DNA from: Lama glama
Lineage: Eukaryota
Reading direction: 5' to 3'
Assembly (NCBI GenBank): GCA_028534125.1
Contig: CM052817.1
Location: 74,402,001 to 74,466,000 of the forward strand
Length of the DNA stretch: 64,000 bases
Positions 51,330-63,393 of the stretch are shown piece by piece. The position numbers and the translations under genes were made by a program. How positions within the stretch are numbered: position 1 is the first letter of the stretch; every line of letters starts with the position of its first letter. Under the pieces are notes generated by a model that saw nothing but the letters and a program-made list of their open reading frames with translations, searched no databases and was not told the origin of the DNA.

Positions 51330-51828
51330 TGTGCAAACTGGTCATAAATTCTTCTCACTTCTGTATGCTGCCCTTTGCTGAGCTCCTCCCATCAAGAGGA
51401 GGAATCAATTTTTCCCTCCTTGACTATGTGACTTGCTTTGTTCAATTAAACACAAGTACACTTAATGTAAACATAGGTTTAAAAAGTGCTTGTACTTTGG
51501 GACTTGCCTTTGCTCTTTCTGTTTTTCAGAACCTTGAGATGCTATGGGTAGAAACCAGAACTAGCCTAGGGAGGATGGGAAACTGCACGAAGCAGAGATG
51601 AGATGTCTTCATTCCAAAGATGAAGCTTGATAGACCTAACTAGCTATGAATGAGGCCATCTTAGATAAGTAGCTCCAGCTGAGTTAACTTCTAACCACAG
51701 AGATCTACCAAGCTGGCCCAGACCAGGAGAATTGCCCAGCTTACTTAAAGAATCATGAGCAAATAAAATGGCTGTTATTTAAAGTGACTCGTTTGGGTGT
51801 TGTTTGCTATACAGCAGCAGTCACCATG
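51330..51828 (+). mobile_element. Older MaLR LTR (MLT1G/H-like)
   Basis: CTCCTCCCATCAAGAGG...TGTGACTTGCTTTG...AGAATCATGAGCAAATAAAATGGCTGTTATTTAAAG...TTTGCTATACAGCA. Confidence 0.75.
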
Positions 51829-52409
51829 CCATGGTTAATTTGGCTCTGCCCATACCCAGACCATGATACAAAGCCTGACAACAAAGGGTCAGGATCAATG
51901 GATGCTCTTCCTAAAAGAGAACCATCCTGTAGTGAGAATGGAAAGACCAACAAGGACTGATTCCAGGGACCAAAGTGAGGAAAAAAACAAGTTGAATGGC
52001 TTCTTAGAAAGGAGATGCAAAACTACAGAAAAAAGTCACCTGGAAATAAAAGTTATGAATCTCATGTACATGGTAGAAAGTCTATTCTGACCTTAACTTT
52101 TGACATATAATAAAAGGGCCTATTTGAAAGAAATCCCTTCAATATTATGCATACAGAGTTTCAACATATTTTTGGCACATATCAATAAATACTTGTGGAA
52201 AAGAAGTGAATTCAATGAATATTTCTCCATTAGGATTTTTTAGGATTTAATAATACCATACTGTCCAGTGCTATCCACTTTTAAAAGATTATTTGATGTC
52301 AGATTTTCTGAGGGTCATAAACATAATACCATCCTCATGATATTTTTCTTTAAGGGATTACAGATTACTATGTAGCATTTTTTTGCCCTAGAGAACATGA
52401 ATTGGGCAT

Positions 52410-52675
52410 GGAGAATGAGATGATTTTATGAAAGCATTGTGCACAGTACCTGGTAGGATGTGATATGCTCACCAACTCTAACACTCATTGAATGGCTTAC
52501 TGGTACTGGGCTCTTCTTTGCGCTATGTGTGTATTAACATATTTAATCCTTCCATTAGCCTTATGAGTAGGTACTGTATTTATCTAAGGAAACTGAGACA
52601 GAGGGAAGTAACAAGTCATACCGTTAATATATTGGAACAGAGATTTGAACACATTCAGTCTGGCTCCTAAGCCAT
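52410..52675. mobile_element. Two MIR fragments tail-to-tail
   Basis: A MIR 3' end on + (GCACAGTACCTGG...ATGCTCA), then a MIR on - (TTTAATCCTTCC...AAGGAAACTGAGACAGAG...GATTTGAAC). Confidence 0.6.
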
Positions 52676-52869
52676 CTTTCTAAAACCTTTTTTTTTTTTT
52701 TGATCACTTTCTTATTTCAGGAATTTCACTAAGGTTTTTCCAATAAGAGACAAGCTCATCAATGCTCATAACGTTCTCTGAGGTGCCACTGCCATTTGCA
52801 TTTTACAGCAGCTGCTCAAAATGTGCTAGTTTTGTGTCCCTCCTTCCTCTCTTTTCTCCCCCCCCCCTT

Positions 52870-55368
52870 CCCCTTCTGCTCTCTCTGCTCCTGATTCTGC
52901 AGTGACTGGAAGAGAGCCTGTCTCCCAGTGCACCCAACCTTTCTCTGCGTGCTCTCACCTGAGCTGCCTGGCGCCACTCCTTGTTCTGCTTCATTTAGTC
53001 TGCTGTTGAACCCCTGCAGTGTATTCTTCAGTTAAGTTATTGTATTCTTCAGCTCTGTGACTTCTGTTTGGTACTTTCTTACATTTTCTCTTTGTCGAAG
53101 TTCTCACTGTTCATCCATTCTTCTCCCAAGTGCAGGGAGGATCTTATGACAATTATGTTGAACTATCAGGTAAATTACTTATCTCCATTTCATTAAGGTT
53201 TTATTTTGAGGTTTCCATCTTGTTCTTTTGTTTGGAATATATTCCTTTTCTCATTTTGCTTGATTCTCTGTGTTTGTTTCTTTGTAGTAAATGAAACAGC
53301 TACATCTCCCAGTTTTGAAAGAGTGGCCTTGTGGAAGACGAAACTTACCATTCAATCTTGCCCTAGCTCTTGGTTGTCTCCTCGAACCTTTGTGGTTGTC
53401 CAAGCAGTCTATTTTACTTTTAATAGCTCCCAGTTGTTGAGGGCATGCCAAAACCTGTCAGTGTCCCAAAGGAAAAGATCTCAGCACCTAGTTTCAGGCT
53501 GATTGGAAGACAGACCCTCAGGCAACAGCTTTTAAAGCATGCAAACATATATAGTCCTGCGGGGCCGTAATTGTAAATCTTGCTACCTCCAGACCAGGCA
53601 ATCTGGAGGTGCCCCTGGGTGACAGGTGTGAAAATCTGGGCTCCAAATGAGTGTATAAGCTCCTATCTGGGAGATATGAGCCAGCTGGAATGGGGCAGAG
53701 GAAAAGCACAAAGTTGGTGTCCCTGAGCCTGTGTTTCCTGAGACCACCTCCATAGCCTCTAGATCTGTGGCAAACCTAAAGCCTGCCCCTCAGGCTGGAG
53801 CTCCAGGACAAGTAAACAAGCCTTTCACAGAAAGGCTGGGGATGCATTTCAGTCTGCAGTCTGTGCAGTGCCCTGGGGGTGGTAGCCTGCCAAGAACTCT
53901 CTCTCCAATTTTTACAGTCCCCTGGGGCCCAGGAATGCAAGCCCCACGGGCCACCGGAACCAGGTGATAAGGGGCATCCCCTGGGCAGCAGCCTCAAAAA
54001 CTGGGAAACCAGACACACGTGAGAGTTTTCTCCTGGAGATGCTGCCGCCCTGGAGCAGGGCAGAGGGAGTGAGGACAGCGCCCACCCTCTGAGCTCCCAG
54101 GGAAGGTCACAGTCGGCCCTTAGATGTGTGTTGAATTAGAAGCCTGCCCCTCAAACTGCAGCTCTGCTTATAAGCTTACAGGCCTCTTTTCACAGAAAGC
54201 TGGGCTCCTGGCTCTGCTGCCTCTGGCTCTGCTGCCTCTGGCCATGCCTTGAGAGTGGTAGCGGTCTAAGAACTCTTTCTCCCTTGGTCATAGTCCTCTG
54301 AAACCTATGAGAATAAGCCCAACCGCTCACCAGAGCCAAGTGATGTAGGGGTGTCCCCTGGCAGCAGCTGCAAAAACCAGGGCGCCAGACAGGGGTACAA
54401 ACTCCTTCCTGGGAGATGCCAGGGAGCTGGAGTGAGGAGACGGGAGCACCCAGACGGCATCCTGGCCTCTGTTTCCTGACAGCACCTTCGTAGCCTGTAG
54501 AAGGTGCCGACCAGAAAAGCCTGCTCCTCAGGAGAAAAAAACAGGCCTCTTTCCCAGAAAAGCTGGAGGTCTGCTTCAGTCAGCACCGTGGGGGTCGCAG
54601 TCAGCTGAGCAGTGTCTCTCCGATTGCTGCAGTCCCGTGGGTCCCAGGAACACAAGAATCCTGGGCCTCCAGAGCCAGGTGATCAAGGGATGTCCCCTAA
54701 ACTGCAGCCGCAAAAATCCGGGGCACCAGACGTGTGTAAAAGTTCTCCTGGCGCCCTGGAGCGCGCGGAGGGACAGCCTGAAGATGGCGCCCACCGAAGG
54801 GAAAAATGGCGCCAGGCGGTGTTAGCAAGGGGGAGGGGGCGCTCCTCCGAGCCCGGGGGGAACCCTGACAGGCCCTGACCCTCTGGTGGAGGCTTTAACG
54901 TCAGCAACTGAACCTCCACCTACAGTCCGCTGCTTCTGCACTGGGTCCTGGGGCGAGTGGGTCTATGCGGGACCTTGAAGAGCAGTTTCTAACTCCCTGC
55001 AGAGTCCGGGGGTCTCATGGACGTGACCCCATTGGTTTTCAAATATGTTTCAGGGGTTCATCTCTCAGGTGCAGGCCTTAAGAAGCTGAGAGGCCTGATG
55101 CAGTGTACGAACCCTTTGCTCCTCAGACCGACGCTCTGGACTTCTGAGTTCCTTCGTGACTGTGGGTCCCGGAAGGGGCGTGGTTATCGCGAGACCCATG
55201 CTTAGCCCCTCCCAGTACCTCAACCTGGCCATTTTCTCACTTTCTGAGGGAAAGGAGCTATTCAGCCAGTTTTCAGGTCTCTTTCAGAGGGAATTATTCC
55301 ATACGTAGCTGTAGATGTGGGGCGTCCGTGGGAGGAAGATGCCCTCTTGGGCGGACTCCAGCCTGGCG
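52870..55368 (-). mobile_element. L1 5' portion: tandem-monomer 5' UTR (~53450-55368) plus start of ORF1 (~52870-53330); 3' part absent
   Basis: TTCTGCTTCATTTAGTCTGCTGTTGAACCCC...TTATTGTATTCTTCAGCTCT is reversed L1 ORF1. CAGCCAGTTTTCAGGTCTCTTTCAGAGGGAATTATTCCATACGTAGCTGTAGAT...GTGGGAGGA resembles the reversed L1M 5' terminus. Confidence 0.8.
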
Positions 55369-57699
55369 CCTCGTGAGTGGTGTTCGGCTGGACCTGAGGC
55401 TTGTGCCGGCACGCACCCTTTGGTTATGGCCCGGTTCAGCCAGGATCAGCTGAGGTGTATTTATGTGATGTGGGAAGATCCCGCCCAGACTCATGGACCC
55501 TGGAAACAGCGGTAACTATTACTATGTATTTGTTTCATAGACAAGTAAAGGGAGGCTTTGAGTTGTTAGTTGACTCTTCAAGGTCACGTAGCAAATCAGT
55601 GACTAAAGAGGCAAGGAAAGGAGGACCTCTCTCTTGCCTCTGTTTTCATACCTTCCTTTTTCATGACATCATGCTCTTTTTTTTTTTTTAAGTAGGTGTC
55701 TTCCTTCTTTTTAATAAATTAAATGCTGGAAGAGTATAACTTAGAAAAAGTTAAAAAGCATAGCCCTCTGTAAAGATATCATAAATGAGGTCCGTTCTTA
55801 CACTCAGTTATTCAGAAGGAATTTGATTTTCAGAAAAAAAGTGAAGTTGGCAGTAATATGCTCTTACATTATAATGGAATAGAATACAATGCTTAGCCCC
55901 CACCCTAGCCTCTTAGGAAGCTTTTGATTCTAAGTTGCTGGGTCCACTGTAGTAATAATATCGTCTTTTGGCAACATTAAAACAAATGCAGATGTTTTGC
56001 ATTATTCCTTGTCCAAAATGGGGTACACTAATTTTGCTGATAAGAGTTTTTGAAATGTCTTTTAAAATGACATTCCTAATTTTAAAAAGTTTTTTGTCAG
56101 ATTTTCATATTAAAATAATACCATGAGAAAGGCACTTTTTTGTTTTAAACATTACTGTTATTGATATAATTTCCTTTTCATTTCAAAGATCTGGCTCATA
56201 AGAATAAGATTTTATATGTCATGTTTCCCCTTGTGGCTATTTTGTGTTTACTTTCCATAATAAATAAAAAAGTAGATTTTTTGCAGATGTTTCTGTTAGC
56301 ATATTGAGAATTCTGAGTCATAAAGTCTGGTTATAAAGTACAATTTGATTCTAATTTATAAAAAATATCACCTTAAAAGCTTTTGGAAATAAAATGAAGG
56401 TATTTATTCTTTTTCTTTCAGTTTAATAACAGCTGGAAACTAGTCTTGTAATATTCATAAATTTCTTTTGATATGAATGAATTTAAGGAATCTGTATTTC
56501 CTTTATGATGATATGTTAATAGTTTTAGGAAAAAACTTACATGTAAATATACATTTAATCATATAGTATCTTTCTTGTGGAACTATCCAATTAATTTATG
56601 AGTATTTGAATTCAACATAAAATAACCAATAATTACAGGTGTGTAGCTAGTGTGATGGGAACTTTTCAAATTTATAAACTGATAGGTAGAAAATAATTCT
56701 GATTTGGTTAAGCATTCTTTCCCTCACTGCTGTAAACTTTAGTGACATTTGTAATGAGAGAATTTACAGTTTATACCTTGTGAAGTAGAAAAAGTCAAAA
56801 TGCAAGGAAAGGAAGTAAATATAATGTTAGAAACTTTCTGAGTGGACTTTAGACTATATAGGGAGTGGTAAGCAAATAGTGGTGTTTCAAATAATTTGAG
56901 ATTAAATGGGAAAAGATTGTAGAGCAATAATGGAAGAGTAATTGAACTCTTTTTAGAAACAGTAAATATACAAATATAATTACATAAAGATGGAAAGATT
57001 AAAATGGGAGAGTTGTCTCATACATTTTGAATATATTTTATTTAAATCACTAAATAAAAAGATAGTATTTTCCCATACTATTCTAATTTGAGCATTTTTA
57101 TATCATGTATATCAGCTAAATATAAGTAACTGTTATTTTCTGGAAATAACTAGAGGAATCTATTATGACAAGGTATATTTTGTATTTGTGATTCCTTTTA
57201 AGAATCCGTGTTGTTGACCTAGTACTTTGATTCAGAAATAACATACAACTAGTTGAATCTGGTTTCACTAGTAACCATATCCTGAAGCTTTATTAGAGCA
57301 AATGATTAGAGCAAGTTTTAACCAGGGGTACTTGCCTGGCACTCACTCAGGCCCTATTCCAGTTAAAACATGTATGAAAAGAATACACAATGATACATCA
57401 AAAGTACCATGAACATAGAGTAACTTTGCCTTGATGTTGCTCAGCTTACATATTTTCCCTTATGAAATATAAAATTTGTTTTTCAAAGTTCCAGACAAGT
57501 GCACATAAAATGAGGTTTCTTCCATGTAATATTAAAAAATCAGTTCCCTTGCAAAGTGACTAATTACTTGGCTTTTCTTCAGTTGATTTTCTGCTTTCAG
57601 CAATTTTATTTTTAAAAAATTACAGAGCAGATAATGCACCAATCCTGCCCTCCATCTACCCCGTATTCCTTTTGTCCAGACTGTTTTGACTTATAATGA

Positions 57700-57825
57700 T
57701 AGTGTATTTGATTAATGCCCATTCCTCACTCCCACTGGAGTAGGGACTGTCAGATTTTGTTCACTGTTCTAGGCCTAGGGCTTAACACAGTATCTGTTCT
57801 ATAGCAAGTACTTAATAAATATCAG
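57700..57825 (+). mobile_element. L2 3' end fragment
   Basis: GTAGGGACTGTCAGATTTTGTTCACTG...CTTAACACAGTATCTG...TACTTAATAAATAT. Confidence 0.65.
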
Positions 57826-57920
57826 CTGCAGGAAGAGGGGCCGTGGAAATCAATGTTGTTTAGAACCAGGGTCTTTTCTTCATTGTGTCTAATTTTCTTC
57901 AGTGAATATGAAGGTTCTGG

Positions 57921-58495
57921 TGAGGTGGAAAGCTGCATAAAAGACCGGCAGGACCTCCAGGCAGGGCCACTACTCTCCTGTCAGCACCATCCAGTTCCCT
58001 GACCTGGAAGCTCTATCTCACTTTTTGCCTCTAAAACGGCTTACTTGCCCCTAAAATTCTATTGGTTTCCTGAGCTTACTCTTGATTGGTTATTTCCTTC
58101 ACTCCTGATTGATTATTTCCTTCACTACTGATAGGTCCATTTCCCTAACTTCTGATTGGTCCATTTGTAGTACTTTATTTGCATGGAGCTCACTCCTGAT
58201 TGGTTATTTCTCTCCCTCCTGATTGATCCATTTCTACAAAGCTTGTTCCTAATTAGTCAACTTTTGTTATACCTTATTTGCATATGATGTTGCAAAGTAT
58301 AAACTGGCAGCCTATAAAAGCCTGTGTAAACCTACATACAGGGTCCAGAGCTTGGAGTGTTAACTCCTCTGGGCCCGTTGGTGTAATAAACCTGAGTTCT
58401 CCAACTCTGTGTGCTGCTTGGTCTCTCGCCTGGATCCAGGTTGCTGTCACAGCTGAGCTGTAACACCGAGCTGTAACGCATTTTTTTCTGCAACA
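57921..58495 (+). mobile_element. ERV1-class solo LTR (575 bp) with tandem CCAAT-box array
   Basis: TG...CA ends, perfect 4-bp TSD CTGG (57917-57920 / 58496-58499), TATA CCTATAAAAG at 58311-58320, AATAAA at 58385-58390, and a ~23-bp repeat array at 58055-58260. Confidence 0.9.
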
Positions 58496-60929
58496 CTGGG
58501 ATCTTTGATATTGTTTCTTAGCTTTGAAAAATGCCTCTATGAACTCCACCCTCCGTCCCCCTGCCCTTTGAAAGTGAGAGATTGATTGGGAAGTTTTGGG
58601 GGCTGCCAAATTCCATCAAATGTGTGGCTGAAAAAAATTGCTTTTGTCTTTCACAGGCACACTGAGATAATTCTTATATTCACTAATTTGCTCTTTTATC
58701 TCCCCTCAACAAATATTGAGGTTATACGTTGCAACGAACACTAGAATAAAGAGTAGTGAAGTTTTGACCATTTAGCCAAGTCTACTTTCACAGTTGGCAA
58801 TGTGGCTGCAGAATGCAATGGCACATTGGCTTACAGGACAGTGTCTGTGCTTGAGAGCTCACTCACCTGAGAGGACTATGTTACCTTCCCAGAAAGGATG
58901 GGTTGAATAATTAATGTGCAGTTTAGCTGGCTGAGCAGAGATTCTTTCATCTTTAGGAATATGGAACCCAAATTGAAAAATAACCCTGCCAACCCTACCC
59001 TTCCATCCCCCTGTGGAAAACTAAAATGAAACCCTGCTCAAATCAGCTTAAACAGAACGTATTTAACGTATGTATTTGTTTTTATATTGCACAGTTAGTC
59101 AAACAAGTTGTTGATAGCTGTGCCCCAAGAAACAAGATTAGGAATGCCACCCCTAACTAAAGATGAAAGCTGGAAGGCTGTTTGGGTGGCTGGTGGGAGA
59201 GTTTCTCCTTCCTGCTGAAGGTGAACACCAGTATCATAACCATATTGTACAGAATGATTGAGAGAGGGAAAGGGCTTAAGGAGCACTTCTCCACAGTCTA
59301 CAGGTCTAGAGAGTGAAGGGTTGCTGGTGTTAATGCAGGAAGTGAAAACAAAAGAGAAAAGAATGTAAAGATCTCAATAATATGAAAGGAATACACATCT
59401 GGCAATAGGAGACAGTGAGAGAAGGGGAGGGAGGGAGGGAAAGAGGAGAGGAGGAGACAGAAAGAGAGAATATGAGAGAGAAAATAAATTGACAGAGATA
59501 GAAATAAAAGCCATTCTGAACCACTGGAGGCATTCTTTGGAGGGTCTCTCTCTCTCTTTTTTGAGAACTCCCAAACAAAAGGAAGCATCCCCAACTCTGA
59601 AAGATGCAAGGAAATCTGCTACTGGTCGTGCGAGGAGACAAAGACTTATGATAGCTGGTGATATTGAATATAGCCTCTTTGGGAAGTTGGATGCCGCTTC
59701 TTCAGTCATGTCTTTGAGAGGTGGGAACAGGGCCATGGAAAAATGGCAGAATCAGAACCAGAATTATACAAGCTCTGCTTTAGTAGTTTCTAGATAAGAC
59801 CCTGAACAATGTGCTTAGCTTGTCTTTATAAAGTTATTGTGAAGATTATATGAAACAATTGGCATATCACAGGGGCTTCAAAGTGTGATTACCATGTTAA
59901 CAGGTTATTTCTATCCTCCTAAGACTTTTCAAAGTTCAGGTGGAGATATATACAGTTGATGTGGGGACGAATGATACTGTCATGAGAAAACATGGAGATA
60001 TATTTAGGGTATATAATTTTTTTGTGTTTGAAGTCATAGCTGGAGTTTGTACTGCTTCTTCTTACTGATAGGTGAATCTTTCAGAGAACAAATAAAAATT
60101 GAAGGTTCTGCTATTCATGTAATATAAGTGAGTAATATTTTGCTGATGTACTCTTGGCCTTTAGATGTGGAGTTAAGGACAGAGTGCAATCCAGAAAGGG
60201 TGCAATTCATTCAAGGGTGTGAATGCCAGCAGGTAGGGGTCATCTTTGAGGCTGCCTTCCACAGTAACTGAATTCCTACTTCTAACATGTTTATGTAGAT
60301 AGTTGAAATTACTGTCATTTTCTGGAAGGACCCTGTGTTATCTCTGCAAATGTAGTGTTGTCTTGAGCTAATTATGATTGACATTTGCTGAAATGTATGC
60401 ACTATTTAATACATTTGTAGACTTGACTGTAAAATTTACTCTTTTATTTTTTGTGTATTTACTGCCTTTCTGCATTTTTGATGGCATTCTGTTTTTACCC
60501 GTTCTTGGTTATCACTGTTCCACCCTCCACTGATGGAAGACAGAACTGTAAAAATGTTTGAGAGCAACAGGCAGAGGAACTGTTTAGGGAATTAGATACT
60601 GTATTCAGTCTAGGGCCAAGAACAATTAACTATGTTGACAGTTTGAACCGCAAAGATCTTTTCCTCTACACTTTGAAAATATACTTAGTCAAGATTAGGA
60701 TAAAGGTTTTTTCCCCAGTTCTAAAAGTTTATGATTATAATCAGGCCTTAAATGGAACAAGGACATTCAGTTTTCTAGTTTCTCCTATAGATAAGGTTTA
60801 AAGGAGAAGGAATAAAATCAGAGTATATGGCTGGAAGGGTCTTAGAGATGATTTACTCACTCTTTCATTTTAGAGATACAGAAAGTGAGCCGCTACAAGC
60901 CTCAGTTTGAAAGCTATGGTTCAAAGATA

Positions 60930-61760
60930 CCTCAAATATAGTCATCTAAAACCAGACTCATAACTTTTCCTGCTAATATGATCCATTTCAGGCTATGGTA
61001 ATATGCAAGCCCCAAACCTGTAAGTCCCTGTTGGTGCTCTCATCTACTACATCCAATCCATCATAAAGTTTTATTCATTTTACTCCTAACGTAAAGAATA
61101 TTTGAATCCACTTACTTTATTTTCTTTCTATTAAACACCTCTCTGGTCCAAATGACCATAATTTATCTTCTGGATTCTTATAAAAGTCTCTTCCCTGATT
61201 TTGCTCTTGCACCTTTCTAACCCATTCTCCACAGAGTAGGCACAGTAATTTGTTTAAATGCAAGTCTGATGACACCAATTCCATTTCTTTGCGTTGCTGT
61301 TAACATTGAGACCAAAATTGCTAACAAGTCCTCCTAGATCTTGCAGGATCTGGCCTCTCTTATCACATCTGGATCCTCTCTTTTGCTTACCTAGGGGCCT
61401 AAAGTTCCTTTTTAAACTACTCTGCTACTTCAGGGCCTTCCCTTAAGGACTTTCCTCTGCCTGGACCGGTGTTCTCTTCTCCCTGTATCCAAACTCTTCA
61501 TATTTTGGATCAGATATCACCTCCTCTAGGAAGCATTCTTTAACCTTTCTGATGCAATCAAGTTTTCTCTACATTCTAATGCATTTGTCACATTTTGTAA
61601 TTATATTTTTATTTGTGTGATTATTTTATTACTTGTCTTCCTCCCCAGACTGTGTCATGAGAGCAGAGAAAATGAATGTTTTGTGTACCATATTATTTCA
61701 GTATTGGACACAGAATTTGAGATCTAGAAACACTTTTATGGATAGTGTTAGTGAGTTGCA
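60930..61760 (+). mobile_element. L2 LINE 3' fragment
   Basis: ACATCCAATCCATCATAAAG...CCATTCTCCACAGAGTAG...TTTCCTCTGCCTGGA...TGTCTTCCTCCCCAGACTG...CATGAGAGCAGAGA. Confidence 0.75.
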
Positions 61761-63244
61761 GTTTAGACTGAGATCCTTTAACTCAGGTCTAGAGTGATTT
61801 CTACCATGTTTTGCTGCCTTTTCCTCATTTGTTCAATAAATAATTCCATTTTTAATTGAAAGTGAAAGAAGCATAGGAATTTTAACTTCATAGTCAATTT
61901 TAAAAATGGGATATGAATAATCAGTGAAATGAAAAAATGAGCTCAGTTGTTCATAATGGAATTGTGTAAATGGAAAAACTAAGCACACACAAGTCTCAGT
62001 GTTAAAAAATACAGGGACATAGGGGCAACAGGGAAAAATGAATGATTTTACTATTATCATAAAAAATAAAAGCAGGGACTGCACATTTATGTTATAAGTT
62101 GGCCCAGTGTAGAGAGTAAGTTAGACAGGAGCAGAAAAAAAAGCCTCTGTCACACTACCATTGCTAGCATACCTGAGAGAGATGGGCAAAGCCATAGCTT
62201 CTTTTTAAGCTCTAAAATACGATTTCACAGGCATCACTTTTCTCTAGCTAGTCTTTAAAAACTATAGAAAAACTGATCCTGTTGATATTTGGTTATGGCA
62301 CCCCCTCTCCCCACCCTCTAGAAAGATTAGCATAAAGTAAGGGAAAACACTTTCAATGACCTGCTCACCAAGTTAAATTATTAGAGTCGGCCTTTGGCCA
62401 CAGAATGATTCCCTGTGATTCACACTGGGCTCTGCGTAAATATTCTGAAATTTTGGCAGTAGCTTTTTAAAGTCACAATATTTTTTTTCCAAACAATGAG
62501 ATCTACCTTGAAAGTTATGAGTGAGGTGTTTGGAATTCTGCTGTTCCCTGTGGAAGAAGCAAATTGAAGACTGCCAAAAAAACACTGAACACCTGGAAAG
62601 GATGGGCTTTAAGCCCTCTCTTGGGAAATGATCATGCATCCCACACCTGGGTGGAGGTATGTGTTCTAACATCCGGAGTAGAACTGTGTTACTTTAAAAT
62701 GACAAATGAAAGACTTGTCTAGACCATATCTGACTGTGTAATTATTATTACCATCACTCTAACAAGAAATTGCTGTCGCACAAGTATTCACAGGTATAAT
62801 TCAATACTTTCTGGATTCTATACAAAAGTAAAGTAATAAAAATAATTTTGAAAGCACTTATATTTGGAAAAAGGAAAAATTAAGGTCTAGAGAGAAAAGA
62901 GGAAAGAAAAAGACAGATTTTATATCTTTTCTACTTCATATAAAAATCTTTGCTATTTATGTATGATAGGTGAAAAATTTCCAAGTAATGATTCATATGA
63001 AAATCTGTTAATTTCTAATGGAAATGGCTAACTTGGATTTGATCCTAAATGCATATTCACATTGTATTTGGTTGTTTAATCTCAAGGAAGCAGAATATAT
63101 TAAATGGGGTTTATATTTTAATTTAAAATATCAGTATTTGGGGAATTTTCCCTTGCTGCTTATTTTATAGTACATGAAAACCCTTCAAGAAATAGTTTAC
63201 TTGTAATATATGAACTTCAAATGTAAGTGGCGTTGTTGAAATAT

Positions 63245-63393
63245 AAGGCAGTCATGTTCATGGCAAGTTATTTGCATTTTAGGGGCTTCAATTTCTTAAT
63301 CCGTAAAATAAGGATAATAATTCATTTCTCATAGGATTACTGTGAAGAATAAAAGTGTATATATATATATATATATATATGTATACATATATA
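63245..63393 (+). mobile_element. MIR fragment ending in a (TA)n tract (63358-63393)
   Basis: GCTTCAATTTCTTAATCCGTAAAATAAGGATAATAA...CTCATAGGATTACTGTGAAGAATAAAA. Confidence 0.6.

Noticed and set aside
53206..55691. Dense set of short ORFs
   Set aside because: Products of the GC-rich L1 5' UTR monomers and decayed ORF1.
58055..58260. Regularly spaced ~23-bp repeats as a CRISPR-like array
   Set aside because: Head-to-tail degenerate units without unique spacers, inside an LTR U3 in eukaryotic DNA with no cas genes.
59298..59797. Four overlapping ~100-120 aa ORFs
   Set aside because: Explained by a purine/pyrimidine-skewed low-complexity tract (~59400-59560); no domain or exon evidence.
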